Positions 12,170 to 24,980 of a DNA stretch of 64,000 nucleotides are shown piece after piece. Under the pieces are notes generated by a model, which did not search any database, had not been told where the DNA came from, and saw nothing but the letters and a program-made list of their open reading frames with translations. The number at the start of each line of letters is the position of its first letter. Within the stretch, counting starts at the first letter, position 1. This DNA is from Paragordius varius. Taxonomy: Eukaryota; Animalia; Nematomorpha. The stretch is taken from positions 4,774,001 to 4,838,000 of the forward strand of contig OZ176054.1 of the NCBI GenBank assembly GCA_964247055.1. Direction: 5' to 3'. The position numbers and the translations under genes are program-made.

Positions 12170-15100
12170 TTTGACAATAATAATATTACATATGTAAACA
12201 AATTTTTGGTTGGTAAATGTGCTCTCCCAATGTTGCACCCTCATAAAATTTTTCATTTGGATGACTTTAATTATATACTCAACGAAGTAAATAAATACAA
12301 TCTACCAATAAAAATCTTAGTATGTGGTCAAATGGGAGTTGGAAAATCTACATTTTCCAATCAGTTTGTAAAATCTTATGTTCAGGGTAATTTTTTTTTA
12401 TAAAAAAGATGATCAAAAATTATATTGGTTGGATTGCGATCCGGGGCAGCCAAAAAACAATGTTCCATCGACATTATCCCTTTTAGTCATATTAAAAGAT
12501 AAAAATGAACCAATAAAAATTAGTCCATTAAAGTAAAATATTAAATCAATAATTTTAAATTAATTATATTTTTTGGATTTTAGTTATTTATATTATTTAT
12601 ATACGATATGGTAATAAAAAAAATACATTTTTTTGCTTTTTCGAAACCTTATGCATTTGTTCCGATATAATAAAGGACGAATTTTAGTTTTGATTTATTT
12701 TACATGCATTTAAATTTAAATCATGCTATATCTTAAACTGGACCTTAAAAGTGCTTATGTGTGGCCTTAAGTATTTATTCATATAAATATCAATGAATGT
12801 GTCAAACGACATCAAAATTTTATCGGTTTTATGGTCCTTGAGACGAAAAATAATTTTTTGGCATAGGTTATTAAATTTTCAAAGCATAATGGTTTTAATG
12901 GCTACGACTTATCATTTACATATATATATACTTATTTCGTTTTGACTCCTTATCTATAAACGGTGATTAATGAATTAAAATTTTGAAATTGAAAGATTGG
13001 TATCTTTTCTAAACTTATTTGTTATTTAAGAGTTGTTTATCCGGATTTTTACAAAACTACCACTCAACTTACGGACTAATACAAAAAGTGGTTAAACATT
13101 TGCAAAAAAATGAAATGAATATGGTAATAGATAAATTAAAATAAATCTCTATTTAACGTTGAAAAACATATTTTGCGGCTTTATTCTGAACCCTGATTTT
13201 ATAAGGGAGAAGACCAAATAAGCTATTATATAATTATTTTAATAGGGTTTTGCAAGTTTATACCTTTAATGATCGTATATCCAATCAGTATATATCCTTT
13301 TTATGCATAATGTTGCAATTCTTTCTATTGTCTTTTCATAAATTGTGTCTAATAAGGATTGTTATTCATATCATATTATTTAATAATTTCTATGCCTATA
13401 AAAATTCTGTTAACATATTGTTATCACACATATTTCCAATAATTTTGTTTTAATTATTTTTTTGAAAAAGTATTTTTTTTAATATATTTTATTGCAATAT
13501 TTGTTTTTTATAGAACCATATATTTTGGCCACACTACCCCCAGTTATCACCCTATTGAATTTCTTAAATGCTGCAAATTTTTGTATGATTTTTATGAACC
13601 CTTTTCCGAATCTGTACCACTAATTATAAATACCAATGGCTGGTTTAAAGGTTTACATTTACTATACTTTTATATTTTATCCAAATTATAATAATTTTTT
13701 AATTATATCAATAGGTGTAGGATTATATCTGTTATGTCAAATGATTCAGATATTTAAACCAACGCATATTGTTCACTTAATTGAACCAACATTACGTGGT
13801 GATTACCAACACTTAAATCACTTGAATCAAACAGACTTATCATCAATGAATTTGGCAAAGAAAGCAGTATTTATCAAATCAAAAAAAGTCAGAGATGGTA
13901 AAAAATTGCGGTTTAGTGATCCTATTACCACTATATCAGACATAAATTATTCCCACACAGAATTTAAAAAAACCAATGAGTATAAGTCATTAAATGACTC
14001 TGAATCTAATATACACCCTCATTCTTTAAATAATGTTCACCAAGAAAGTTTAGAGAAACTTAATTACCAATCTAGATCTCATAAAGACAAACTTAGCAAA
14101 AATCATATTCATTCCAATAATCCTGTGATACAAAATAGAGAATTAAGGATTGAATCAAATGCCCCACATTTAAAAGAGCTACTTTTGCTTAATCCTGAAA
14201 TCAGATTATTTATAAGGGCTAATTTGAATTATATATTTGAAGAAAGGAACAACAACGTCATCGATATGAATCAGTATTCCATATACCATAATTTCGTTTA
14301 TTACCGAATACCTTCAAAAATCAAAGCCAGCAAAATGGTTCATCAAATAAAGTTTTTATCCCACGATAATTTTGCTTCTTGATTTTATCCGATTTTTCGA
14401 ATTTTACGATAAAATTATTAGTTTTTTAAAAGAATAGTAAGTGCGAAAAAAAACTAACCCAATTATATATTGTGTTTGTAATGGTAATTAACGGATTGGT
14501 TATGTTTTGTAATAACAGTTGTTAAAATCCGTAATATAACGATAAAGGATAATTAAATTATCATATTTTAAATTTTAAAATGAACCGTTTTATTATAGTA
14601 TTGTTTGGTCAATATCTATATTTCTCTACTATAATTAATTTGCCATCATTATATAATTCTATTAGAGCACATCATACACATAATCGTATTCATTTACTTG
14701 TCTCCCATTTCAAAAATGTTTTACGGCCTCCTTCCCAAAATTTGCACAATATTAATGATATTGGGAATGTTCAAAAATCACAAGATAATAATGAAAATGA
14801 TAGCAATGATAATTTAACAAATTTTCAATATCTTTTTTCGGCAAATATATCTCATAAAAATCCCCTACCTACTGGCTGGCTTTCGTTAATACCCTCAATC
14901 AAAGTTAGCATATAAATTTATTGCTAAATTAAATTTATACGATGTTTTTTTAGTATAGATAATTTACATTTAAAATTAAATATAAAAGGACTAAACTTAA
15001 GTATTTGAAAGAATGGTGTATATTTCGCACATTAAATTGATTATACGGTATATTTTCAACAACCGAAATTCTGTTTATAATTTTTTATTTTTTGCCTCTA

Positions 15101-16648
15101 TATTTGATATAAAATATTTAGTTGAACCTCAAACAATTTTGCCTTATTTCGATTCTTCCTAAAAATAGTTTGACAGCCAATAATGTGTGCAATAAATTTT
15201 CTGGAACTGAAGATTGGAATCATATTTTGTACAACCGTTTAAATGAAACTTTCACAAATCGTCTCGTGGCTTTATGTCAATTATCAAATGATCACACCCT
15301 TAAAGTTATTAAAACCAATTTAATTTATTAACTAATATGCTGAATATTTATAATTTTCTCCTCTTTTCTTATACGACAATTTCTAATTATTGATTTTTAA
15401 TATAAATATATACACAATTTAAACCTCAAGACCTTCAAAAAAATTCACTCGAACTTTTCAAAGCGCTTTTGTACATTTCAAATTCACCAAGAAAAAAATT
15501 CATAGTTTATTTTTTATGATTTATTATTATATAAAATAATCGATAAATATAGGTAATTTGTTAATATCCAAAATCATATTTTATTTTTAGGGTTACTTTG
15601 AAATGTTTAAGGCTCATTTCAAATGTTTGAGTATTTTGAATTGTGCAAGGTTTTAATGTAATTGGTATTAAATTAAATAGGAAACCGAAAAATACACCAA
15701 CACTTCTGATAAAATAGCGGATCGGTTGAATCTGAATCATGATTTTTTCGGTTTAGGTAATTTCTAATTATATTTAATATTAGATATTTTAATATATATG
15801 TATAAATGCAATTATATAAAATATTGGATTGTTATATAAGAATATTTATTAGTAATTTATCATACCCTCGGTAAATGACAACACAATGTTGTACGGTAAA
15901 ACGTGGGTCTTTACTTATTAGAAAATCAATCTGATTTAAAATCATTGATAATCAAAAATTACTAAGTTTCTTAGTTTTTGCAATTTTAATATATATTATA
16001 GCAATTTTATCTCCAAATATGTTAGATGTTGTATAATCCTATTGCCACTTTCAATTCAATTCAATTTATTAAATATAAAATATTATAATTTTATTCCCAT
16101 AAACATTTTTTGTAATACTTATAACCAGAGGTATCCAACACGCGGGCTGCATGCGGTCTACCGGATTGTACGCTCGCGAATTGGCATGATATGCAAAAGT
16201 ATGCATAGAAAACTTGTTTTATTGCGAATAATTTTTTCTAATGCGCCAGCCAACTAAAATTGGTAATATAAATGGTATTTTTATTTTTCTGGTAATTCTT
16301 TTATAGTATAATGTATAATTCTAATAAACTATTTATTTATAATTTATGGCCCGCCTGATTTTTGAACTGAAAAATGGGACCCGTGAAACCATTGTTGAGC
16401 ATTCCTGCTTTAATCTTTATATTTTAGTCGTTTCTATTAAGACAGATAAACCTAATAAAAATAATATATAATCTTTAGCTTGGGTTAAAGGTATTAACAA
16501 AGTGGAACCTGAGTACACTGATGAGCCTCGTAACTGTGAATTGTATTTCGACATAATAACTCCTTTAAGGGAAAATATTATTAAGCAGATCAATTATTTG
16601 ATTTTGGGTCATGCTGAAACACCTGTAGAATTCAAACATCAATGTTTT
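12170..16648 (+). CDS. NOL9: Polynucleotide 5'-hydroxyl kinase NOL9/Grc3 (Clp1 family); spliced, start and stop not resolved
   Basis: Walker A GQMGVGKST; removing the 22-nt intron 12387-12408 gives LYWLDCDPGQ in frame; exon 13514-13650 TIYFGHT...PLIINTNGWFKG joins VGLYLLCQMIQIFKPTHIVHL (from 13715); later exons NRLVALCQL (~15270), FFGLG (~15750) and WVKGIN...FDIITPL...INYLILG (16479-16648) follow NOL9 motif order. Confidence 0.85.
16126..16407. mobile_element. Degenerate hAT (Charlie-like) MITE in a NOL9 intron
   Basis: Begins cagaggtatccaacacgcgggctgcatgcgg and ends gttgagcattcctg (imperfect TIR, 8/14, all mismatches transitions); flanking 8-mers cttataac/ctttaatc partly match. Related cggcccgcg/gcatgcggccc fragments at ~27955 and ~60205. 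Confidence 0.6.
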
Positions 16649-17315
16649 GTAAGTTATTTCTATTTTTTTTACTAAATAAAGCCCTTTTTAATATACAACA
16701 TAGCATTCGTGGTAAATACAATAATTTATGTATTAATTTGTAACGGGCTATACGATATAAATCGTTTAATACTTTACACGGAAAAAATTCCATTAGGCAT
16801 ATGGCTGCGATGAATATTCAAACCATATGCGCCAAAAATAGAATTATTTAGCCCTTAGAACTTGGTATATCGTATAATCAGTTGTAATAAGTTTTTTTGT
16901 CGGTATATAGTCAACAATTTAAATTTTAATAAAAAAATTTAAGACACTGTTAGATACTTATTAATGAAATATTATACTGGTTCAATGAACATTCTTAAAT
17001 CACGTTTTCTAGAAACCAAAATCGGCTTAAAGGCAAAAATAAAATGAGATCGTCTCAATTATTTTTTTGGGTTTTACCATGAGCGTAAAACTAATAATGA
17101 AAGAAACTCAAATCATGTATCTGCATAAATGTCACCGGGTTGTTCCCTTGAAATAAAATAATACAATTTATGTACTAAGTTTTTCCTTTTTTACGATTTA
17201 AAATAAGTTTTAACAATTTTATTGTATACATAATTATTTTAAAATTTAGAAATAGTATATATTAGGAACTAATTCACATTATACATTAATCTTTTTTATT
17301 GTATATATCGAATAG

Positions 17316-17648
17316 GGTATGCGACCCGACAAGCCTAACCTCATTTCTGAAAGCAACCAAGCGCATTCCCACAAGAGAAAAGGAAATTGGTCTAATGAAA
17401 GAACTGATGTATCACAAATGCTTTCTGTCGAAGATTCTAATGATTTATTTGATATTCTAAGCAAAAATATTAAAGCAAAGCGTATGGATCCAAAAGCGAC
17501 TCCTAAAAAATTTTTAGGCCGGCAAAAAGTCAAGAAAGCACACGTTAAAAATGATGTTCAGAGTCCTCCACAAAAAACGGCACAAATTTATGAAATATAT
17601 GATCTTGATTCAGAAAACTCTTCATATATTGAATTGTGCGATGAATAA
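17316..17648 (+). CDS. K/S/D-rich ORF, possibly the terminal NOL9 exon
   Basis: Preceded by AG at 17314-17315 and phase-compatible with the phase-0 donor at 16649; no recognisable motif, and alternative 3' exons are possible near 16682. Confidence 0.4.
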   Translation, partial: GMRPDKPNLISESNQAHSHKRKGNWSNERTDVSQMLSVEDSNDLFDILSKNIKAKRMDPKATPKKFLGRQKVKKAHVKNDVQSPPQKTAQIYEIYDLDSENSSYIELCDE

Positions 17649-18586
17649 ATAAAATTTGTTTATATTGGTTTTTCCATAGGCTAAGTGCTGCATAAGTGAC
17701 GAATCCAATTTTCTTTAGGATATTTTTTATATTAACTTAAAAATAAAATCATAAGATATTTTATGCAATTCAACATTTAAATTGGCACCTTATTTGTGAA
17801 ATATCGATCTGAGTTGTACATAATATAGGATATCGGATCGCTATCAATTTAAAACCTTTTTGATCTTTTCAAAAATATCTTTGATGCTTTAAACAATTCT
17901 TTTTAAAGAATTATGTTGATATAGAAAGAAGCGAATTTCTTAATACTATAAACCCCTTCCTCCTCATAATAAGGGATTTCACTGCTCACCAAATAGGGTC
18001 CGGGATATATAAAGTACCCTGATATATTATATGTTTTTCTTGTTGATAATATCAGAATGTTTATGGTGTATCTGATTCTAAGCCGTACGAGTAAGAAAAC
18101 TTTACAACTTTGTGGTATTTGTTCCATATCGAAAAACCCTATATCCGCACATTATACTCAATAAAAATTTTTGGTTATGGCTAAACGCTTTCCAAAATAT
18201 TTTACCTAAAATAAAAATTATATATAAAAAGCAAAACAATATTTTTATAAAATTTTAGATGTAGGTTCTGAAAGTTTTAAACTTTTAAAACCGTCTAAGA
18301 TAGGTAAGTTTTTTCATAAACGCACAAATGCGGATATTGCGTTCATAAAGTGTTCAATGTACGAAAAATGAAATACTATCGCATTATAGCTTATTTATAC
18401 TCTTGTAAATTCTAATTTTTGGCATCAGAAAAAGATCCCCCAAAAATTGATATATTGCTCATAACTTCTCTAAAAAGAATGTGCTGTATTCAAATGTCAA
18501 TACAAAAAATTCCACTTATTTTATGCAGTTTTTGTTTTTACATATGATAATTTCATCATGTGCGTCTCCATGCCTTAATAGTTGTC

Positions 18587-20085
18587 ATGGGCTTTTTTCA
18601 TTGGGGTCCTATATGTGCAACTTTTATAATATCATCGCTAAGTTTAGCCTGTTTTTATGTTAACCTAACATTTTTTCCACCATCAGAATCTTTAAAACAT
18701 TTACTATCTCTCTTATTGCTCATATTATGGGCATTTTTGATCCTATATAATTTTTTTAATTCCATTTTTATCGGACCGGGATTCGTCCCTTTTAATTGGA
18801 AAGGGGTATTACCATTAATAATATTAGGAGCCTCATATTTCAGGTAATATATTGCAATCATGCGATATATGTAAAGGCTATAAGCCTCCTCGTGCTCATC
18901 ACTGTCGATCTTGTAAAAGGTTTATTGTTTGATTCATATTTCAAATTCTTAATTTATAAATAGATGTGTTTTAAAGATGGATCATCATTGTCCATGGATT
19001 AACTGTTGTGTAGGCTATCTGAATCATTTTTATTTTTGCTTATTTCTATTTTGGGCAGCTGTGGGTTGTACTCATGCTTCCATTTTGTTGGGATACATTT
19101 TGTATCTTATAGTTAAAGAGGTTGTTAATTTAAAAAATTTTTTTAGCCTCAATATCATATGTTTGTCAAAAAAAATGCTTACACAATTTATATATTACAT
19201 ATTGTGGCGATTGGTTTAGCTATTGGTGTCGTAATATTTGTTTCAGCTTTATTAGTTTTACAAGTAAATTTTTACTTTATTAGGGATAAAAAATATTTTA
19301 TACAATGTGACAAGTATAGAAGAATGGATAATTAAAAAGGTATTGATTTTTATTACAATTCTTTTTAGATCAATAAATTTAAATTGCATAGTGAATCTCT
19401 GGAATTTGAAAATCCTTATGATATAGGATGGAAACATAATATAATACAATTTCTAACTCACCTTAAAACTATATCAAGTGGGATGAATTGGCCTACACGC
19501 GAAGGCTACACTCAATATTCCCTTTCGGTAAAGTTTTAAACTTTATATTGAATCATAAAAAATAATAACTCTTACTTTTTAAATCTCTTTCTTTAATTAA
19601 TTACAATTTTTATAGATTGAACAAATAGCGTTAAAACAGTTAAAAGATGCGTGTTCGATGCATTATATATGCATTAAAAATTATGATGGATCTCTTATTT
19701 CATTCCTTTCCACTGATTTTGATATAAGGATTTTAATTAGTGCACTATGCATTTGGGGACCTAGATTATCTCTCCTTGCAGGCGATAAAATTTTAGTATC
19801 TCGAACAAAAAAGTATATTTTCCTAGCTTAAAATAAAATAATTCTTGTCTAATTTTTAAAAAATTATATATTTAGGTATTGGTTATATGGAAAAAAGTTA
19901 ACATGCAATGACAATGGAATGGAAAACAGTAAAATTTGTTTTTAATTAAAAAAATATTTCATTTATATATTTATTTATTTATAGATGTTACCGATAAAGG
20001 ATGGTTCCCTCGCCGATTTTGCAGAAAAGAGTCTTTAATGCGTCCCCTACCAGATTTGTCGTTATTGTCGAAAAAATTTAAATAG
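18587..20085 (+). CDS. ZDHHC6: Palmitoyltransferase ZDHHC6 (DHHC domain plus C-terminal SH3-like region), 9 exons, ~382 aa
   Basis: Exons 18587-18805, 18828-18919, 18964-19120, 19147-19263, 19286-19339, 19369-19527, 19616-19812, 19876-19928, 19985-20085 total 1149 nt. Motifs HWGP, GPGFVP, CxxC..PRAHHC, MDHHCPWIN (DHHC at 18980-18991), TSIEEW, PYDIG, WPTREG..QYSL, IEQ, YWLYG and GWFPR match ZDHHC6. Intron 4 is anomalous (see findings). Confidence 0.93.
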
Positions 20086-20944
20086 ATATTTTACCGATAA
20101 TATTGTGAATGATATTATACAACGATAGTTAAGATTTTTAAGGGCATTATGTTTTATTTTTACTCCAATCATAATGCCGTATTAAAATCTTAATTATCGT
20201 TAAATAAATTAATATATTGTGGAATTAAAATAAATGAAATTTTTTTATGCAAAAAATTACAAAATGAAATAATCAAAAAATTAAAAATTTATGGTTTTTT
20301 TCAAAGACTATTTTTTAATATACCGCAACATGACCTAAGTAAACAAATCATAAAAAATGTTAAAAAAATAAATTGATTTATGTGGCTCGTGTCTATTATC
20401 ATTAGCGCATAGTTATCAACTTTGATGGTTATCTTGACTTTAATAATATCGGTTTTTATTTGCTTTTAATTGTGAATTAAGTATAAGATATTTTAACACC
20501 TCTATTTAAAACATCATTCGTTTAAAAATGATTTATACGATAAAAATTACTTTGTTTGAAGAAACATATTTTATTTTTTGATAAAGTTCATGTTAAAATC
20601 TCACATATAAAACCTTTATAATCTTCTAAATAGATGGCAGGTATTTAATTAGATGTATATATTATATAAAATTTAAAGTTTTATTGAAATTCTATATACT
20701 GTTAGTTAATCATGTTTTATTATGGTCTAAATTTTTAAGTCACATAGTTTTTGTTAATAACATTGTAAACAAATTTTGTCTCTAACATTGTAAAATTTGC
20801 TATATGATGAATACTTGACAAGCATATGTATGATTTTGTTGATTAAACTTTTTTTCTGATTAAACATCCATTTTAAACCATATATTATCTAATAGTATAA
20901 CTTCATTTTTAAAATGCGGTGTATAAATATCCCACACTATATAT

Positions 20945-22170
20945 AAAAGTTGGTAATTTTAAAAACTACTGAAAGAAATGGTCCCAATTTAAATTTATGC
21001 TTCCATCATAATAAAAATTATATAAATAAGCCGAATTGGAAAATAAAGTCTCATGTCAAACAACTTCATTTTTGTCTTAGAATATTTTTGCAAAATATCG
21101 TTTATACCATTTACAGTTCAAATTCACCCTTGAACAATTCAAATTCACCATAAAAATTAATTATGTGTTTTTGAACCAATACAACTCATTATTAATATCA
21201 AATATATCTTTATGGCATAGTTAGTATTATTTTAATTTGAAACAAAATTTTTATTTTTTAAAAATATATAAAAATAGAGGTAATTTTTAATCTTAAAAAA
21301 CTATATTTTGTTTGAGGGTGAATTTGAAATGTTCGAGGGTGAATTTGAATTGTTCAGGGGTGAATAGGAATAAATGGTACATTAATTCTTTAGCTAAAAT
21401 TAAAGCTAATATTTTATTAAAATTATTAACAATAGAAACAGAAAAAGTGGTTTATCATTGTGTCTTATTTAGATAATGCACACATCTCCTGTTGACTTAA
21501 TATCTTTGGGTTTTATATTAAAATAAGTAAACAAGTATTTAAATAAATATTTTTTAAATTTGGGTTCATTAATGCAAGAGTTTGCTATGGTTCAATTCCT
21601 TCCATATATTTTGAACTATCTAATTCACGACCCTAATTTGATTCGAAGGATTGAAATAAATGTGTTGTATCCAAGTGTTTGCTGCGTATTAGGAATTTTG
21701 GATCATAAATTTGTGTTGTTGCACATATATTGGAGGTAAGTTTATGAGTGAATTGTATTTTTTTTAATCTGATATATGTCGAACACTTGCTTCCTAATGT
21801 ATTTTAGTATACTGCTCCAAATATATATAATTGACAGTAATGCATAATGGGAAAAATAATTGTTTCTATCACTCTATTATTGGGAATATTTTCAAAATGT
21901 TAAAAATATCGATTGGTTAATGTCTACTGAGGAGAGGCCATTTATTGAGAAATTTGCGCCGAACAGGTAATGTTTAGGGCGAGTATTCGTTTAATTTTGG
22001 TTGTATTGATGAGTAAACGATGTTTATGTATTAGTTTTTTGGCATTTAGTATTAAATCCATTTAGTTTTTTATTCAAGAGTCCCAGAAAGTATTTCATTC
22101 AGAGAGAAATGTTGTCGTCGGCGTACATAATTTTGATATCTTGACAACTTATGATCAAAATCTTAATTTA
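20945..22170 (-). mobile_element. Decayed non-LTR retrotransposon 3' part (RT relic plus AT-rich 3' region), interrupted by a MITE
   Basis: Minus strand reads KIMYADDNISL (YADD at 22114-22125) among many stops; 20945-21690 is collinear with 49905-50440. Confidence 0.6.
21107..21377. mobile_element. MITE with TA target duplication and 21-bp subterminal repeats (Tc1/mariner-type ends)
   Basis: ta|ccattta...taaatgg|ta termini; ttcaaattcacccttgaacaa units on the left and inverted gggtgaatttgaa units on the right; the paralogous empty site is visible near 50080-50090. Confidence 0.8.
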
Positions 22171-22996
22171 TTCTTTTTGAGTTTGAGGTGTAAATTTATT
22201 TAGAGTCAATGGTCGTTCTTGTTATTTTTTGTTTTTTGAATACCTATCAGACGGTGAAAGTAGACACAGCTATACATATGCAGAATAAGAATTCAGAATA
22301 AGACCACAAAACGGTGGGAAGTATCCACTATATCAAAACAGTTTACAACCAAACTCTAAAATTGATCTAATTTCATCAAAAAAGGAAAAAACGATTAAAT
22401 GGATAAACACCAAACTAACAATGATAAATGCTCCTAAAAATTACCTAAAACAAGCACGAAACTAGTCTGCGATTACTATTGACGAAAGGATATATCATTT
22501 AAAATTTCAGTTAATATAATTTGCAATCAATTTTCTATTTAATTTTCATTTATCATCATCTTACGGAATTAACAACTGTTATTACCTAGAGTAAGTTTAT
22601 GATAAACAAGCTTTATTATGTTTAGAAACAACAAAAAAATAGGTCAGACAACGCGCGTATTTAAGCGATTATAAACATCCAATAGCGGTTTCCAAAAACA
22701 TATTAAAACTAAACAAATACATTCTATAATTTAAATTTCTAGAAACTGTTGGCATTTGAGATAGTAATTCAAGCCTGTCGAAATATACCAACTTATTTCA
22801 TAGGAAAAAAATGAGAAACATAAATTAGACTTAACAATATGGACAGACTAGATTAAATCTATTAAACAATAAAATATATTTCTTACCGAAACCCTATATA
22901 AAGCAAGAAATTTAAAACGAGCTCTTTAAAATAACTAAATTAGAAAACTGAAAGGAGTGACGGCATCCTTGGAATAATTCTTGAACATGTGCCCAA

Positions 22997-23260
22997 CAGA
23001 GGCGTAGCTTGCATTTCTGGCGCCCGGTGCATGAATCAGTGATGGCGCTCCCCTCCCCTCTATGCGACCGCTTGCATTAAAAAAAATAACTAAATTCAAA
23101 CCGTGGTCTTGACTCATAAATGATTGATTCATGTATTATTTAAAATAATAACTTTTAAGTGTTTATTTTTTGAAAAAAAATTAATTTTTTAAAATCCAGT
23201 GCCCCTTCAACTATGGTGCCCCGTGCATCAGGCCCCCTTCCCTCCTTTAGCTACGCCTCT
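22997..23260. mobile_element. hAT (Tip100-like) MITE
   Basis: TIR cagaggcgtagct...agctacgcctct; flanks gtgcccaa (22989-22996) and ttgcccaa (23261-23268) form a 7/8 TSD. Confidence 0.85.
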
Positions 23261-24980
23261 TTGCCCAATAATATATGTCAAACAATTTGGAATAATCGAT
23301 AGGCCACATAAATTGACCGAATAATTTTTTATATAGTACAGAGAATTAAATAAATGGAGTAGCCTTAATACCCCACATTATTGGAAAAATGTTACTTAGA
23401 AAGAACTAAACGAGGATCAAAAATGTCATTAAAACCATATATCAAATTAAAAGTAGTTTAAGACACAATCAAAAGTACTGAGATCACATATCCTAAGAAG
23501 AATAACAGAACAATTGAAATCGAAAAAAAATATTTTTTCCTTCTCAAATTTTATATATAGTTTTTATAGTAGCTGTATTAATAATTCAAACAAACGGTAT
23601 AGGAGTCTTACAAAATCAAAAATTTACTGCCAAAAAAGTTTTATTATTATCTTAACCAATGTTAGTTAATATTTTAAAAAAATTTATATATGTATATATT
23701 CTTAATTAGATGGCATATATTTGTCCTTATATATCTTTATAATAAAGATATACTAAAAATTTTTTAAAGAGAATATAAATAATTGTTTAACATTGTGTAT
23801 TATGTTAACTATTGCAAAAATTAGTTGCAACCTTTGGTTTTTATTTTTAAAAAATACGATTCGCCGCTGTTTATCAATAGTAGATGCAATATGATGACAT
23901 AAATCTGTTAGACTATTGACATAATGAAAAAATGTATTCCCCGTCTGATGTTCTTAACTTTTAACAAAATATTAAAGCATAGCTACATCAACTTTTGATT
24001 TCCCATTGTAGATTCGTTAGAGTAGGAGTAAATTTTCTCAATATTATATAAAATAATTGGTATTTATGAAAAAAACTTTTTATTTAAACACATCATGAGC
24101 GACCGTATGTGATCTGATACGAACCAAAATTAATCAACCCGAATCAAAACCATTCTTCCATCATAACAATGGAATGAAAACTTTTCAACGTAATGTTTAA
24201 ATCTCAACCATTTCGAATCCAAAATGATAAACATTATAATCAATTCTAAACCCTGATACGAAAAGATAATGATGGCTTTAAAATAAGTGTGGGACCCAGA
24301 AACATTTTTAGAGGTCATGGTTAAGTGGTCCAAAAGTGTTTTTAGCTCCACCCAACCCTAGGCAGAAGATCTAATATAAAATTTATGTGTTAAAAATTGA
24401 TTGATAAATAAATTATATATGATACATAAAAATTTATTATAATATAATTATAATCAAAACACACATAGATATTTTATGAACAAGGGAACAAATTATTTTT
24501 TAAAATAAATTGGTATTATAGTAAGATTGGTGGTGCATTATATTGAATTTGTGGGTAAAACAATAAAATGTGCTAGTCGGTGTGTCACAAAATTTTCAAT
24601 TACAGCATATTATTTAATGTAAAATGCATATCTTAAGCAACATCCAAAAATAATTATTATTGTATTTTTGAATATAACTTATTGAAATAAATTACAAATG
24701 GCGATGGATAATCTATTTAAAACTTTGTAAATAAATAATCAAAGTTTCAATTTTAAGATTTTAAAGAAAAATCAATTTACTAAGAGTGAATTATATAAGA
24801 ATAGATAAAACCGCAGACATCAATAAATTACCCGCTACCATAAAATGTTGATGCTATAAATTTAATTAAAACACAAACACACATACAATATCTATATAAA
24901 TAATCAGTCCTATTATATACTAATTATATGTAAATAAATATTTTGTGTTTATATTAATGTATAAAGTGTAAGAGAGCTCT

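Noticed and set aside
13031-13087. Extra NOL9 exon candidates (also 12584-12609)
   Set aside because: Phases are incompatible; the direct splice 12532 to 13514 restores the frame.
23850-24370. Moderately GC-rich stretch with a 73-aa minus-strand ORF
   Set aside because: No recognisable motif or consistent splice model; it could be decayed TE sequence.
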